From Ostreococcus lucimarinus (Eukaryota): 64,000 bases of DNA. Positions 41,094-51,214 of this stretch are shown piece by piece; positions within the stretch are counted from its first letter, which is position 1; the number at the start of each line of letters is the position of its first letter. The stretch lies in the NCBI GenBank assembly GCA_000092065.1, contig CP000583.1, one strand, 5' to 3'. Both the position numbers and the translations under genes were made by a program. The notes under the pieces were generated by a model. The model saw nothing but the letters and a program-made list of their open reading frames with translations, searched no databases and was not told where the DNA came from.

Positions 41094-41439
41094 GAAACTT
41101 TCGTGGAAGCGAAAGCTTGAAATATTTGAAAAGCGAGCGCAACCATTGAGCGCAAACGAACTAATTCCGGGGATGTGGGTCAGGGTCAAGTCCGACACGG
41201 AAGAGGTTAAGCGCATGTGCACCGGCGCAGACAAGGGTGTTTTCGGCTACCCGGTCGGATGGGAGCCTGGGATGGAGGAGACGTGTGGGAAGTGCTTTCG
41301 AGTGTGCGTCGTGAGTCTCGATTACAGACAGACGCCTGTTGTCGGCTTGTCCGTTTCTGGCGGACTCGTAGCGATTTCCCGCGGAAAGACGCCGACCTAT
41401 GGCTGGTACTTCCCATTCGAGTCGTTGACGCATCTGTAA
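41094..41439 (+). CDS. F-box-like protein, exon 2 (uncharacterised ~110-aa C-terminal domain)
   Basis: Intron 41003..41093 with GTAAGA donor, TGACTAAC branch-like element and TAG acceptor. In-phase join (AG|G = Arg). Confidence 0.5.
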
Positions 41440-41515
41440 ATGTTCGCTGGAAGCATCTTTTGTATTAATACGCTAAAAATCTGCTGCTAGTCAAGTCAAT
41501 CAACGCATCACCAAA

Positions 41516-44500
41516 CTAAATCGTTTCACCCGTGGCCTTCTCGTATTGCGTCTTGAGAGCGACGACGAGACGCCAATCATCCTTCGTCAATTCTTCACGG
41601 AAGCTTTCCTTCAACATGTCGATCGACTCGCGCGTCATTCTCGATACGAGCTGATCTTTATGATCAAAATGGCGACCGTAAAGTCGCGAAGATTCACTGG
41701 GCGTTCTCGGTTCGATCTTCATCGCCACAGATTGACCGGCAGTTGCCTTCTTCACCTCCTTGTGGTTGAGTTCCATCGAAGCAATCTTACCAATGTCGAT
41801 GTAACCTTGCGATGGGATGCAAATTTGCGTCCCCACGCGAGCGACCCCCTTGACAATGTCAACACCAACGACGATGGGATCGCGCTTGTTGAACACGCAG
41901 TTGGGCATGATTTGCAAGATGCAAGGGAAGTTGACGTGCTGCGACGCGGCTTCACGCTTGTCTGCCTTGACCTTTTCCATGTACGCCGTGAATTGATCAA
42001 ACAAGTGGTAGATGATGTCGGCGGTGAAGATGCGAACGTTGAGCTCTTCGCCCATTGCGTGCGCCTCCTTCGTCACCGGCACGTCAAAAGCCAGAATAGT
42101 AGCATACTCGGGCTTTTTGCGCTCGTGCATGACGCTCGCACCCATGACGTCCCGTTTGTTTACCGGGCCAATGGCGATGCCGGCGACGGGAATTTTGACC
42201 GCGTCAGATTTCAAGAACTCCAACAAGGCTTCCAAAGAACCGAGCGTAGACGCCTGCACGTACACGCCTTCGCCACTCTTATCAACACGAGCAAGCACGC
42301 CCTTCATATCACTTAAAACCTCTTCCCTGAGTTCCATTTCGTCGTCTTCAGGATCGAGCACCAAAAGAGACGTACCTGCGACAGCTTTCTCTAATCCAGT
42401 GGCGACGATCTTGATCCCTTGAGCGCCTTCGATTTCCTTGTGATGAATGTAGCTTCCCTTCACCCGCATCTCTCGCATGGGCTGCGGTGTAAGTAATGCA
42501 CGAATTTGAGTCGTAATCGCCCCCTCTAACCCAGCAACGACGATTGTCTGTCCTTCCTTGAGCTTACCGTTGATGAGAATGACGTCAACGCTCGTACCGA
42601 GACCTTCGATCATCTTCACTTCAAGCACGGTACACTGTACGGCAGGCACGTATTGAATGCGCTCGTTCATGCGATTTTGGCACAAGTCAACAAGCGTTTG
42701 CAAAATGTCCGGCATCCCCTCACCCGTAATAGCAGAGGTTGGGATGATGTTGATGAAAGTACGTGGGTCCGGGTTCTCCCAGTACTTCGCCACGTTCAAA
42801 CCTTGCTCAGCAAACTCGATGACGATCTTGTCGTAACGATCTTGGAACTCGCGTCGAGCGTGATCCTTTTGTAAGGACAAAGTCTCCTGTGTTGGGAAGT
42901 TGGTATTTTCCGTCCAGTCGTACATGCGATCGATTTTGTTGAGCGCAATCACAAAAGGCGTCTTTCGCGATCGAAGCATGTTCAACGATTCTATCGTTTG
43001 CGGCTCTAAGCCGTGCATGATATCAACGACGAGAATGGCGAGATCACAAAGTGACGAACCTCTCGAACGCAAGTTTGTGAAAGACTCGTGTCCTGGGGTA
43101 TCGATAACGAGCAAACCGGGAACTCGCAAGTCCCATTCACCCTTGTTTAGCTGCGCCGTTCGCTCGAGGAGAGACTCCTTGGGAATAAAAGTCGCACCAA
43201 TTTGCTGCGTAATACCGCCAGCTTCTCCGTCTTGGACGTTGGTTCGTCGAATGTTATCCAATATCTTCGTCTTACCGGTATCAACGTGCCCCATGATGCA
43301 TATAATTGGGCAACGAAGCTTGCTTGGACTGCGCTTTGCCTTGGCCAACTCGAAGCGTGCCAAACGCGCAATCTTTGCCGCCTCCATGCGCTCTTCGTGT
43401 TCACGTTGACGGACGTCATCGCTATCCTCGCGGTAATCCGAGCTATCGGAGTACTCAGAGCTGTCGCTGTCGGAATCAGAGTCAGAATCAGAGCCAGAAT
43501 CAGAGCCAGATCCTTCGTCAGATTCTTCGTCAGAGCCCGAAGCGTCAGCAGCTTCCTTGGCTGCGGCGGCCTTTTCCTTGGCTTCCTTGGCCCACGGCTT
43601 TTCAGCCGCAATCTTCGCCTTGATCGCCTTCTCCGCCGCGAATTTGGCCGCAGCCTCAGCCGCTTTCTTCTCCGTCTCGTGACGTTTCTGCTCGGCGGCC
43701 TCTTTCTCCGCCTTTTCCTTAGCCAAGCGCTCCTCCTCTTCTTTCTGACCCGGAAGGATAATCTCCTTGTCGTCCCAGTCTTCCGCTTCCCAGTCATCGG
43801 CAGCGTCGTCATCTTCAGCTTCGGCGGCGAGTCGGGCTTCTTCTTCAGCTTTAGCCTTCGCTTCAGCCTCAGCACGCTCTTGTTGTTGCTTTCGACGCTC
43901 TTCCATCTCTTTCTTCTTTTTGCGATCGTCGTAAACCGGACGTTTCGGCTTGATAACTTCGTCGAGTTTATCTGCGTCAATCCCAGACTTGGCTAACATT
44001 TGCTGGCGCATCGCGGCTAAACGCGCTTGTTCCGCCTTTTGCTTGTTGCTGAGAAGTTTGCCTTCGGCACGGAGGCGCTCCTTCTTCTCCTTCTCTTTTT
44101 GTTTCTTTGCCTCGCGACGCGCTTCCTCCTCTTCTTCTTTTTGTTTCTCAAGACGTTCAGCCTCCTCCGCCGCGGCTCTTGCCTCGGCTTCAGCTTTGGC
44201 TTGAGCCTCTTCCACCTCCTTACGCTTTTGCATTTCTGCTTGAAGGGCGAGAATTCTCGCACTTGGCGCGCCGGCAGACTTTTGCTTCTTCTCCGCCTCT
44301 GCCGCCGCCTTGGCCTTGGCTTCCTTTTCTTTTTGCTTCTTCTTGAGCTTCTTCTTTTGCGACGCCGAAAGCTCTTTGCCATCTTCAAGCGCATCGCCGT
44401 CATCATCATCATCATGATTATTGCCATCGGTAGCAGGCGCCGCATCGGCGGCATCACCGCCAGCTGCGGCTTCCGCGGCTTCGCGCTCGGCTTTCAATCG

Positions 44501-45778
44501 GCGCTTCTTTGCCGCTTTACTCTCGCCAGCCGGCTCTTCTGGCTTGGCCTCGATTTTGATGTCAAGCTCGGCCAAAAGAGCGTCGAGGTCTTCCTCGTCG
44601 TCGGCCGCTTGCTTACCACCTTTTTTCTTTTTCTTCTTGTCCTTCTTCGAGCCACCAGTTTCGTTGGCGACGAGTTCGGGTTCGGGTTCGGGTTCGGGTT
44701 CGGGCGTCTTTTCCTTCTTCGTCGTCCCGGGCGCTTTCAAAGGCACATCATCGCCGATGGAAAAAGCAGACTTATCGAGCTCGTACACGCCATCCGCGCT
44801 ATCGGCCCAACCCATCTCCACCGCGCTGAGAATCATACCTTCACTCATGACGCCGCGCAACGGCGTCTTGTCGATGACTTGGCCGCTGGCGGGGATTTTC
44901 ACGCCGACGCCTGCAAAAATCACCAACAAACCTTTTCTGGCGTTGGCACCACCGCACACGCACCGTTTCGGTTCGTCGCCGCCGAAATCGACGGTGCAAA
45001 CTTGCAGACGATCCGCCATCGGGTGCTTGCTGCATTCGATGATCTTACCCACGACGAGTTCGGGTTCGGCGACGAGCTTTTTCTTTTTCTTCTTTTTGAG
45101 ATCAATCGCGACTTCCACCGCCGCGGCTTCCTCGTCGGCATCCATGAGATCGGCAAAGCTTCCCTTCTTCTTCTTCTTTTTGTCTTTCGTGTCCGCGGTG
45201 CGAGACTCCGAGGCTTCTTCGTCGTCCTCCGCGTCCTCGTCTTCGTCGTCCGCCATCAAAGCCGCGAAGCCGCCCTTTTTGGATTTCTTCTTTTTATCCT
45301 TCTTCGGCTTGACATCCGCCTCCATCTCCTCTTCCTCGTCGTCATCATCGCCACCACCCATCAACGGATCGTTCACGTCGTCGTCCGACCCCATCAACGC
45401 CGCGAAACCACCTTTTTTGGATTTCTTCTTCTCCTTCTTCGGCTTCGTCGCCGCCGCCGCCGCGCGCACCTCCTCCTCCGACGCGTCGTCCGCGTCATCC
45501 GCGTCGTCATCCGACCCCATCAACGCCGCGAAACCTCCCTTTTTAGACGTTTTCTTCCCCTTCCTCGGTTTCACCGCGCGCGTCTCCCCCTCGTCCGCCT
45601 CCTCTTCGTCCGCCTTCTTCGCCGCCGCCGCCAGAGGGTCCAAATCCTCGTCCGAGTCCTCCCCTCGTCCTCTCCCGCCCCGCCCGCCCTTGCCCTTCGC
45701 CGCCTTTCGCGCCTTTTTCATCTCCGTCTTCGACATCGCTCTCGCGCCGTCGTCCGCGTCTTTCGCGCCGTCGTCGCG

Positions 45779-45816
<38 letters not shown>

Positions 45817-45898
45817 CCGAGGGATCGACCCCGTCGTCGTCGTCGCTCGAATCGTCCCCTCGCTTGCCCTTGCGCCCGGCTCGCTTGCCCTTCGCCAT
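41516..45898 (-). CDS. EIF5B: Translation initiation factor eIF5B (IF2 family GTPase) with a long K/E/D-rich N-terminal region that contains an EMAP/Myf-type tRNA-binding OB domain
   Basis: G domain IICIMGHVDTGKT, DTPGHESF, NKIDR; domains II-IV are collinear with eIF5B to the C-terminus. A Myf-like block LVVGKIIECSKHPMADRLQVCTVDFGGDEPKRCVCGGAN…RGVMSEGMILSAVE sits in the same open frame. ATG (MAKGKRAGRKGKRG…) at complement of 45896-45898. Confidence 0.85.
45145..45550. repeat. Four tandem peptide repeats (K-rich-GGFAALMGSDDD-acidic) inside the eIF5B N-terminal region
   Basis: SKKGGFAALMGSDDD occurs three times plus a degenerate GSFADLMDAD copy in the translated minus frame. Confidence 0.7.
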
Positions 45899-46034
45899 CG
45901 CGCGGCGCGCGGGAACGTTCTCTCTCGCGCGCCGTCCGTCGTCGGCGCGCGCTCGCGCGTCGCGCGCGCGTCGCGGTGTGTCCATCGCGCCGTCGCATCT
46001 TTTAAACGTCGAGACATCGCGACGCGCGCGCGCG

Positions 46035-46496
46035 ATGCGCGCCGACGCGCGCGCGCTCGGCGGCGACGACGACGCGCGCGACGTCGCGCGCGACGTCGAC
46101 GACGGCGACGCGACGCGCGCGATGGCCGACGCCGACGCCGACGCCGACGACGCGCGCGAGGACGCGACGACGACGACGACGACGACGCCGCCGACGAACG
46201 AACGACGCGACGCGCGCGAGCGCGCCGGCGACGTCGCGCGCGCGTCGCTCGCGATCGCGCTGCTCGCGGTCGCCCTCGCGAGGCTGCGACGGTGGGCGAG
46301 GGGCGACGGCGACGCGCGCGGCGGCGCGCCGGGACGCGTCAGCAGGCGCTTCGCCGCGCGGCACAGGAAGTGTAATCGATGCGGCGCGCGCGGGTCGGCG
46401 GTCAAGGTGAAGTGCGAGCGGTGTAAAAGGTGCTGGTACTGCTCGCAGACGTGCAAGAAAGCGGCGTGGGCGCTGGAAATTTGCGAGTGTTGTTGA
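46035..46496 (+). CDS. Hypothetical small protein with one TM helix and a C-terminal Cys-rich (MYND-like) zinc-finger motif
   Basis: ATG at 46035. …SLAIALLAVALARL… then CNRCGARGSAVKVKCERCKRCWYCSQTCKKAAW…CECC. Low-complexity Ala/Arg/Asp-rich middle. Confidence 0.3.
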   Translation: MRADARALGGDDDARDVARDVDDGDATRAMADADADADDAREDATTTTTTTPPTNERRDARERAGDVARASLAIALLAVALARLRRWARGDGDARGGAPGRVSRRFAARHRKCNRCGARGSAVKVKCERCKRCWYCSQTCKKAAWALEICECC

Positions 46497-47473
46497 CGCC
46501 GGCGCCGGCGGCGCGGCGTTTGAAATCGCGCGCGCGGCGTCGCGCGACGCGTGAACGATCGCGTGCTCGTGCATTGTAATCGTCGCGAACGCGAATGCGT
46601 CTAAATGCGTCGCGTTTCTGCGTTCACCGAGTGCGTTTCACGGCTCGACGCGTTCGCGTTCGCGTCGGCGCGCGCGTTCGCGGCGTCGCGAACCGACCCC
46701 CCCTCCGAGCGCCGCGGCGCGCCGCACATCGCCGCGTCGAGCCATGAGCGACAAGATCGTCGAGGCGCAGAAGGTGCGACGGACGACGCGCGCGCTTCGC
46801 GACGCGCGAAAACGGCGCGACGCGCCATCGCGACGTCGGATAAAGCGTCAACGATTCGATCGCGACGCGCTAGGGCTCGACCGCGAGCGACGACGCGCGC
46901 GCGGACGACGCGCGCGCGACGCGGACGACGACGCACCTCGAGGCGCGCTAGCGCTCGACCGAACGACTGACGAGACGCGCGCGCGGCGTCGCGGCGCCGC
47001 TCGACAGTTTTTTCAATCCCGAAAGGGATTCGTGCACCTGAAGCGAGGCGGCGTCGATCGCGTCACGAGCGTGTTGATACCCGTCGGCGCGGTGTGCGTC
47101 ATGAGCGCGATGCTCGCGAAAGGTGCGCGAAACGTCAAAGCGCGGCCCGTCGACGCGCGTCGACGGCGCGACGGAAGCGCTTCCGTCGGTGGTTTCGAAG
47201 ACGCGACGGATGGGCGAGCGGGACGGGACGGCGAGACTGACGACGACGGATCGACGCGCGATCGATCGCAGGCGTGATGGATCTCACCACGGGGCGAAAT
47301 AAGAAGGAAGGGTTCTGATCGCGATCGACGCGAACGATCGAGGGCGTCGAGCGACGCGTTGTAATTACAATCGACTAGCGTAACCGAACGGCGCGACGGA
47401 CGACGACACACCTCGACGCGACGCGACGTCGATGCCGTCCGACGTCGTCGCGCGCGCGTGAAGGCGCGCGGGG

Positions 47474-50191
47474 ATGTCGACGCGCGCGAAATCGATCGCC
47501 GCGGCGACGCTCGGCGTCGTTTTCGTCGCGCTGTGCGCTGTGCGCGCTGATGGATTCGCAATCGAGCCGCGGTGCGTCGACGACGCGCGACGCTACGACG
47601 ACGTCACGCGACGCGCGCTGACGACGCGGGCGACGTGCGCGGACATCGCGCGCGGCGCGGAGGCGCTCGAAGCGCTCGGAGCGTCGACGTGCGGTGCGGT
47701 GGGCGCGCGCGCGCGATTTCTGGCGGCGAAGCTCAACGCGGCGACGGGCGCGTGGGACGACGCGAAGCGCGCGCTCGCGGGCGACGAGACGAGCGAATTA
47801 TGGAAAACAATAGATGAGATGTCGCGCGCGGCGCGGGTGGGGTCGGAGGCGGGAAGACGAGGGGATTGGGTGAAGGCGTACGCGGCGGCGAACGCGGCGG
47901 TTGAGGCGAGCGCGTGCGCTTTGGATCCGAGGACGTTTCAAGCGCGCGCGCGCGCGGCGTTGAAGTTGGCGATGCACGGAAGGGCGTTCGTGGATGCGAA
48001 ACGCGCGCTCGCGCTGGGGGGGGGGAAGTCAGAGGCGTACGAGACGATGGCGACGGCGTTGAGCGAGTTGGCGGATTCCGCCGAGCGGTTAGCCGACGCC
48101 GAGACGCTGGCGCGGCGTTGTTTGCGGTACAGCCCGGACAACGTCGAGTGTTTGGTAGTTAGAAAAAATATTAGGCGAGCGCTGTTGGTTTGGCGCGAAG
48201 CGAGCGATGCGGAATCGCTCGGGGATTGGAGTTCGGCGATCGACGCTCTGAGGGAGCTGCGAAACGCGACGCGCGGCGGCGCGTTTGAGGCGTTGAAATT
48301 CGACGCGCTCGTCGCGTCGTGTCGCGTGAATGGTAAACGAGAACGCGCGCGTTGGGAGACCAGCACGACGAGAAAGAGGGTTCCCGCCAAACTCGTCGCG
48401 GATGCGATCGATCAGTGCACAGACGCGTTGTCCGAGCTCATGTCGCGCTGCGGCGAAAGTCGCGTCGACGACGTCCCGAATTCGTATTACGCTCGCGCGT
48501 GGATGCGCGCGCTGAGCGCGAACGTAGATGGTGCGATGGCCGACGTAGCGGGGATTGAACGTTCGGTAGATGTATCGTCCGACGATTGGAAGGCGAACGT
48601 TGAGGCGTTGCGAAAAGCCATCGAAGAGGCGCGCGAAGCAAACGCTCCAAAGGATTTATACGCGATTCTGGGATTGACGCGCGAAGATGCACAAGCGGAA
48701 GATTGGCTTCGTGTTTTGAAACGTGCGTACAGAAAGCTGGCACTACTATTACATCCCGATAAAAATCCGGCGGTCGATAAAGAGGAGGCGGAGGAGAAAT
48801 TCGATGAACTCGTCAAGGCGTACAAGATTCTGTCAAGCGAGACGCTTCGTCGCGAATACGACGAGACCGGCAAGGTGAACTTGGGCGTTGACGCGCAAGC
48901 GACGAACGACTGGTTCGACAGTCACGCCGATAGCCGTCGCACGAATGACGGTCAACCGCCAAACGATGGACTTAACGAGGATGATTACATCTTCCGGTTT
49001 GATAAGCGCGACGCCGGGGCGGATGGCCGAGCGGCTGGTCAGTACGTGCACAAAGAAACGGGCGAACGGGTATTCGGTGAACGCGACGTGCGCCCAGAAG
49101 AAGATCAACAGGACGACGTCTGTGCGAAGAAAAAAGGATACTGCATCGCCGGACGAGGCGGCGCCGAGGCTCCGTCGCGCGCCAAGCACGTTCCGGGGGT
49201 CGAATCGCTCGAGGTGAAAATCGTTACGCCGAATCTGCTCCCGGGAGATACCGTGGCGGCGAGGCTCGTTCGAAACATCTTTGGACTTCACAAGCTTGAG
49301 TTCATCTTTGCTTTTGACGTCGAGTTACCGAGCGAAGAAGTTCGCGACAAGACTTTTCAAGACGCAGCGAAAACGCGTTTGAGAAGACTCGTGCGTACCC
49401 TGCACGCGTCCCTCGTCGGCCGCGACGGGGCGTCGACGCTCACGAGCATGATTGAAGAGCACATCGTGAGTTCGTCGTCTTCAGAAGACGATTCGATCGT
49501 AGACTACGTGGCATCCGCGATGAGCGGTCGCGCACCACGCGTCGGATCGCCTCACGAGACGCGGGATCTTCTGGATCGCTTTGCGTCGCGCGCCACGCGC
49601 GAGATGAGACGGCTCGGCGCCTTGGGACTCAATTCCGACGATCGCACCGATAATTTCGTGCGCGTCGCGCGTGACTTGATGTTCAACCCCTTGGTATCGT
49701 CTCACTTGCTCTCATTCACCGCCGACGACGCCGAAGACGCCTCACAGGTTCGAAGTCTCGTCGCCCTCTGGCGCGACGACGTCCCCAGCCGCGTCCTCGT
49801 CGACGGCGACGTCCTCTCCTACGAAATCAAATTCGTCGATTCCGACAAGTCTCCCGACGCCGTGCGAGCGATGTGCGCCACCTTAGACTTCGAAACCACC
49901 GCGGGCGACCGCCTCAGCGCCTTCCCCGACGCCATCGATCAATTCGGCCTCGCCGCCGCCGTCGCCGCCGTCAATTTCCGCGACGTCCTCGCGCGAGACG
50001 CCGTAAACGGTTGGATCTCGCGTCGCATCCCCATCCCTTCCGGCCTCATCGGCGCGCGCGTTTCGTCCTGGTTCATCGTCGCCGCCCGCATCGACGCCGG
50101 TCGCGCGTCCACGCGCGTCCGCGAGGTCAAAATCATCAACGCCTTCGCGGACGCCGACGACTTCGCCATCCTCGAGCCGCGCGGACCCTGA
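47474..50191 (+). CDS. DnaJ (J-domain) protein with an N-terminal signal peptide and a TPR-like helical region (DNAJC3/P58IPK-like architecture) plus a long C-terminal extension
   Basis: Signal-like MSTRAKSIAAATLGVVFVALCAVRADG. J domain DLYAILGLTREDAQ…AYRKLALLLHPDKNP…KFDELVKAYKILSSETLRREYD with the HPD motif. Confidence 0.65.
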   Translation: MSTRAKSIAAATLGVVFVALCAVRADGFAIEPRCVDDARRYDDVTRRALTTRATCADIARGAEALEALGASTCGAVGARARFLAAKLNAATGAWDDAKRALAGDETSELWKTIDEMSRAARVGSEAGRRGDWVKAYAAANAAVEASACALDPRTFQARARAALKLAMHGRAFVDAKRALALGGGKSEAYETMATALSELADSAERLADAETLARRCLRYSPDNVECLVVRKNIRRALLVWREASDAESLGDWSSAIDALRELRNATRGGAFEALKFDALVASCRVNGKRERARWETSTTRKRVPAKLVADAIDQCTDALSELMSRCGESRVDDVPNSYYARAWMRALSANVDGAMADVAGIERSVDVSSDDWKANVEALRKAIEEAREANAPKDLYAILGLTREDAQAEDWLRVLKRAYRKLALLLHPDKNPAVDKEEAEEKFDELVKAYKILSSETLRREYDETGKVNLGVDAQATNDWFDSHADSRRTNDGQPPNDGLNEDDYIFRFDKRDAGADGRAAGQYVHKETGERVFGERDVRPEEDQQDDVCAKKKGYCIAGRGGAEAPSRAKHVPGVESLEVKIVTPNLLPGDTVAARLVRNIFGLHKLEFIFAFDVELPSEEVRDKTFQDAAKTRLRRLVRTLHASLVGRDGASTLTSMIEEHIVSSSSSEDDSIVDYVASAMSGRAPRVGSPHETRDLLDRFASRATREMRRLGALGLNSDDRTDNFVRVARDLMFNPLVSSHLLSFTADDAEDASQVRSLVALWRDDVPSRVLVDGDVLSYEIKFVDSDKSPDAVRAMCATLDFETTAGDRLSAFPDAIDQFGLAAAVAAVNFRDVLARDAVNGWISRRIPIPSGLIGARVSSWFIVAARIDAGRASTRVREVKIINAFADADDFAILEPRGP

Positions 50192-50273
50192 AACGTCATT
50201 CCAATTCATTCCGTTCGCCCATCGCGTCACTTCGCGTCGCGTCCGCGGTCGACCGGCGTCCCGATCGCGCGCG

Positions 50274-51095
50274 ATGCACGTCGCCCTCGCGAACCTCGCG
50301 CTGTGCCCGCGCGCGCGCGCGTCGTCCGTCGTCGCGCGCGACGTCGCGAGCGGTAGGTCAACTTTCGCGGGCGTCCCCGTCGTCGTCGCGCGCGCCGCGC
50401 GCGCGCCGAGCGCCCCGCGCGCGCGCGGGATGACGCCCGTCACCGCGCGGTTCGGCGGACGCGGCGGACGCGGCGGCGGCGGACGCTCGTTCGGTGGACG
50501 TGGACGCGGCGGGGGCGGGCGCGGGCGAGGCGGACGCGGACGAGGTCGCGGACGACCGCAGATGGACCGAGGACCGATGCGAAACGAAGACATCGAGTTC
50601 GATGAATTGCGGGTGCTGGACGAGGATAAAGAGATGCTCGGGGTGATGTCCACGGACGAGGCGCTGGAACTCGCGGCGGAGAAGGAATTGGATTTGGTGG
50701 TCATGAGCCCGGACGCGGAGCCGCCGTTGGCGCGAATCATGAATTACTCAAAGTACAAGTACGAAAAGGAAAAGAAGGATCGGGAGGCGAGGAAGAAGGC
50801 GGCGGCGGTGCGCGTGGACATCAAAGAATTGAAAATGAGGTACAACATCGATACGCACGATTACGGGGTGCGACTGAGGGCGGCGCAAAAGTTTTTGGAG
50901 GGCGGGGACAAGGTTAAGGTGATTTGTCAGTTTCGCGGGCGCGAGAACGACTTCCGGGAGATTGGGCGGGAGATGTTCGCTCGATTCGTAGAGGACGTTG
51001 GCGAGGTGGGCTCGCTCGAGAGCAAGCCTAGCATGGAAGGGAACTCGATGACGATGTTACTCGCACCCACGGTCGCCAAGGGCGACAGCAAGTAA
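50274..51095 (+). CDS. infC: Organellar translation initiation factor IF-3 (infC-type) with a presequence and a Gly/Arg-rich (RGG) region
   Basis: …IEFDELRVLDEDKEMLGVMSTDEALELAAEKELDLVVMSPDAEPPLARIMNYSKYKYEKEKK… and the C-terminal IF3_C region (VKVICQFRGRE…). Confidence 0.75.
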   Translation: MHVALANLALCPRARASSVVARDVASGRSTFAGVPVVVARAARAPSAPRARGMTPVTARFGGRGGRGGGGRSFGGRGRGGGGRGRGGRGRGRGRPQMDRGPMRNEDIEFDELRVLDEDKEMLGVMSTDEALELAAEKELDLVVMSPDAEPPLARIMNYSKYKYEKEKKDREARKKAAAVRVDIKELKMRYNIDTHDYGVRLRAAQKFLEGGDKVKVICQFRGRENDFREIGREMFARFVEDVGEVGSLESKPSMEGNSMTMLLAPTVAKGDSK

Positions 51096-51214
51096 CGAGT
51101 CGCGCGCGCGTTTGGATATCGTAATTTTTAAGACACCACACAAAAGAAATTATTGTTTTTTTATTCAACGATGAATCCCGAATGGGTCGCGCTAAAATGT
51201 ACACTTTCATTCGT

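Noticed and set aside
44027-46496. 782-aa and 691-aa plus-strand ORFs over the eIF5B locus
   Set aside because: They are antisense to the eIF5B low-complexity K/E/D region. Only the last ~150 aa (46035..46496, MYND-like) was kept, as a low-confidence candidate.
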